A program made the translations under genes and the position numbers. A stretch of DNA of 63,444 nt, counting the filler, from Rhabdomonas costata (Eukaryota): the NCBI GenBank assembly GCA_019059605.1. It is 39 parts of 39 records of this genome, joined end to end, with 100 filler letters (N's around TTAATTAATTAA, not from the genome) between each part and the next. Parts side by side here need not be neighbours in the genome. Positions count along the whole stretch, not along the records: positions 61,917 to 63,444 come from JAHMHO010013744.1; 38 more parts are not named here. One strand, 5' to 3'. Below are positions 61,917 to 63,444 of the stretch, piece by piece; the stretch's first letter is position 1, and each line of letters begins with the position of its first letter. The notes beneath the pieces are model-generated. The model was given only the letters and a program-made list of their open reading frames with translations. It searched no databases and was not told where the DNA came from.

Positions 61917-63110
61917 ATCCACCTTGCACGGCGTAGTGGTCCGGAGGTATGTGGTCAATTCGCGGACCGTGTATATTGCGGTATGGGCTCCTTTTGACAC
62001 GGTGTAAAGTCCATCTGATTTCCATGGAGAAAGTACGCAATTTCTCCAAGTGCATCTTCTTGAGCGCAAAAGTTGGCATGATGCCCTAGTACTTCTTCCG
62101 CAGTGGTGCCAAACAAGCCACAAAACATTGCGCAAGCTCTGCTGGCCAGTGAAATTACGCTGCTGTTAAATATACTGAGCGACCATGCTCACGATATAGT
62201 CCTGGATGTTGCCCAGTGTGCTGTTAGCTAACTGGTGGAAGTGTTCCTCCATCATACCTGACGGTACTGGTGCTGTTCCCGGTACATGTCGGTGTATCAG
62301 ATTGTACGGGTCTTCATCAATGACTTTGCATCTTGTGGTAAATAGATCAGTGGGATCGTCACTTTTGTGGAAGGTGGCCTGGATCTTGTACAGATTTCGG
62401 AGGAAGTCGACGTTCCCTCGTGATCAAATCATTCTGCATCCATTACAAGAACCTAATTTGTCCACAAACTGCGCTGCTTTCCTGAAATTGGCTACTTTCT
62501 GAGTGACTTCGGCCCGGTGCCTGTTGAATTATTACTCCATAACAGCGCGGTGTCCTTCCACAGTCCTAGTATGTCCCATGCCTGCAATTGTAGAAACCGC
62601 TTGCGCAGGAGGCGTTCCAGTGCGCTTGCATTACCATGCCGTCCTCTTACTAGAGTGACCATTAAAAACTTCTAGGTGAAGTACAGACGACTGATGTTGG
62701 GTACGTCTTCACTTATCAAAAACGCGCGTCAATCAAAACAATTGCCGCACGTGTCCTTTGGTGATGTAAGAGATAGTTTCCCAGGAGTCTGCGATCACTT
62801 CTTCAATCGAAGGCATGCTGCCCGGTGCCACTGGTGTTGAGCTGGGACACGCCTCATGGCAAACAGAAGCTGGTCGTTAGCGTTTTGCTGATTTGTGACC
62901 ACTAATCTCAGCTGACGTGCAGGTGGTGAGTATGGAGTGGAATTCGTCAAGATGGTATCCAGCACTACCTGGTTCAAAGGTTATGATTTTGTGGAATGGT
63001 AGCGATACACGGCATGCCTCTGCATTGGCCATGTACGAAGGCAGCAGCAGAGTGTTGTAGAGAGCTTGTAATAAATGGATGTGAGCGTTGCGAAAGCCCG
63101 AATCGTCCAA
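61917..63110 (-). mobile_element. Decayed tyrosine-recombinase-encoding element
   Basis: Intronless, stop- and frameshift-disrupted reading with ordered motifs DSGFRNAHI (R at about 63090), ISGHKSAKR*RPA (HK at about 62895) and IAGMGHTRTV (about 62575). More degenerate coding-like sequence follows. Confidence 0.5.
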
Positions 63111-63444
63111 ATATATAACTTACACCAAAGCGGTGGGAAGAGAGTTTACAGAAACACTGTTATACCCTGTATAGCAATTTGCGCTCAGATAGCAGGCCAG
63201 GTCATGAAAAAGGCCTAAACATTGGAGCTTGAGGTAAATAACAGGTTGGCAGTGATATCTGAAATGTCCAATTGGCAGAAAACATGGAACGTTTTTGGTT
63301 CTAGTTTGGCTATGGCGCCCCCCCACCAGCAGTTCGGCTGAGGCACCCAACCCTCACCATCAGTTTGGTTGAGGCACCTCCCCCATCCTATGACCCGAGG
63401 CAAGAATGAAGGTAAGATACCACACCACACCATCATCATTTAGT

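Noticed and set aside
62494-62505. ACTTTCTGAGTG matches the start of the Euglena spliced leader as I recall it
   Set aside because: Only 12 nt match; the T-rich remainder and the GT donor are missing, and it lies inside a decayed element.
1-63444. Gene neighbourhood or operon-like system across the window
   Set aside because: The contigs are unlinked and appear grouped by length, so adjacency has no biological meaning.

Overview
This window is not one locus. It is 39 unlinked contigs of about 1,525-1,545 bp joined by an artificial 100-nt spacer (44 N + TTAATTAATTAA + 44 N), so no synteny holds across spacers and most listed ORFs are spurious. The DNA is from an intron-rich eukaryote (GT-AG introns, one GC-AG intron, TTAGGG repeats). 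Receptor-type adenylate cyclases and GTNTGY-like donor sites suggest a euglenozoan such as a euglenid; this is inference. Most contigs start with about 10 G/T-only bases and end with about 10 A/C-only bases, and four have terminal hairpins, which points to semi-random-primer whole-genome amplification. Manual splicing recovers partial genes: ASNSD1, cytosolic LeuRS, an SLC35B3-like transporter, SelO, an ABCB transporter, a HECT E3 ligase, a Upf1-like helicase, two EF-hand proteins, a Sin3 PAH domain, a Hakai-like RING protein, a possible DNA-PKcs exon, and Kelch, TPR, PSI and Cys-rich exons. The most interesting candidates are (1) a PstS-like phosphate-binding domain fused through one TM helix to a class III adenylate cyclase, with a second PstS-like paralogue on another contig; (2) a MAPK-like pseudokinase (HRD>HGN, DFG>GFG, TEY>SEY); (3) a 37-aa helical-repeat protein with near-identical 111-bp DNA repeats; (4) Hakai; and (5) decayed Merlin-like and tyrosine-recombinase mobile elements. 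All family assignments come from motif recognition by eye; no database search was run.
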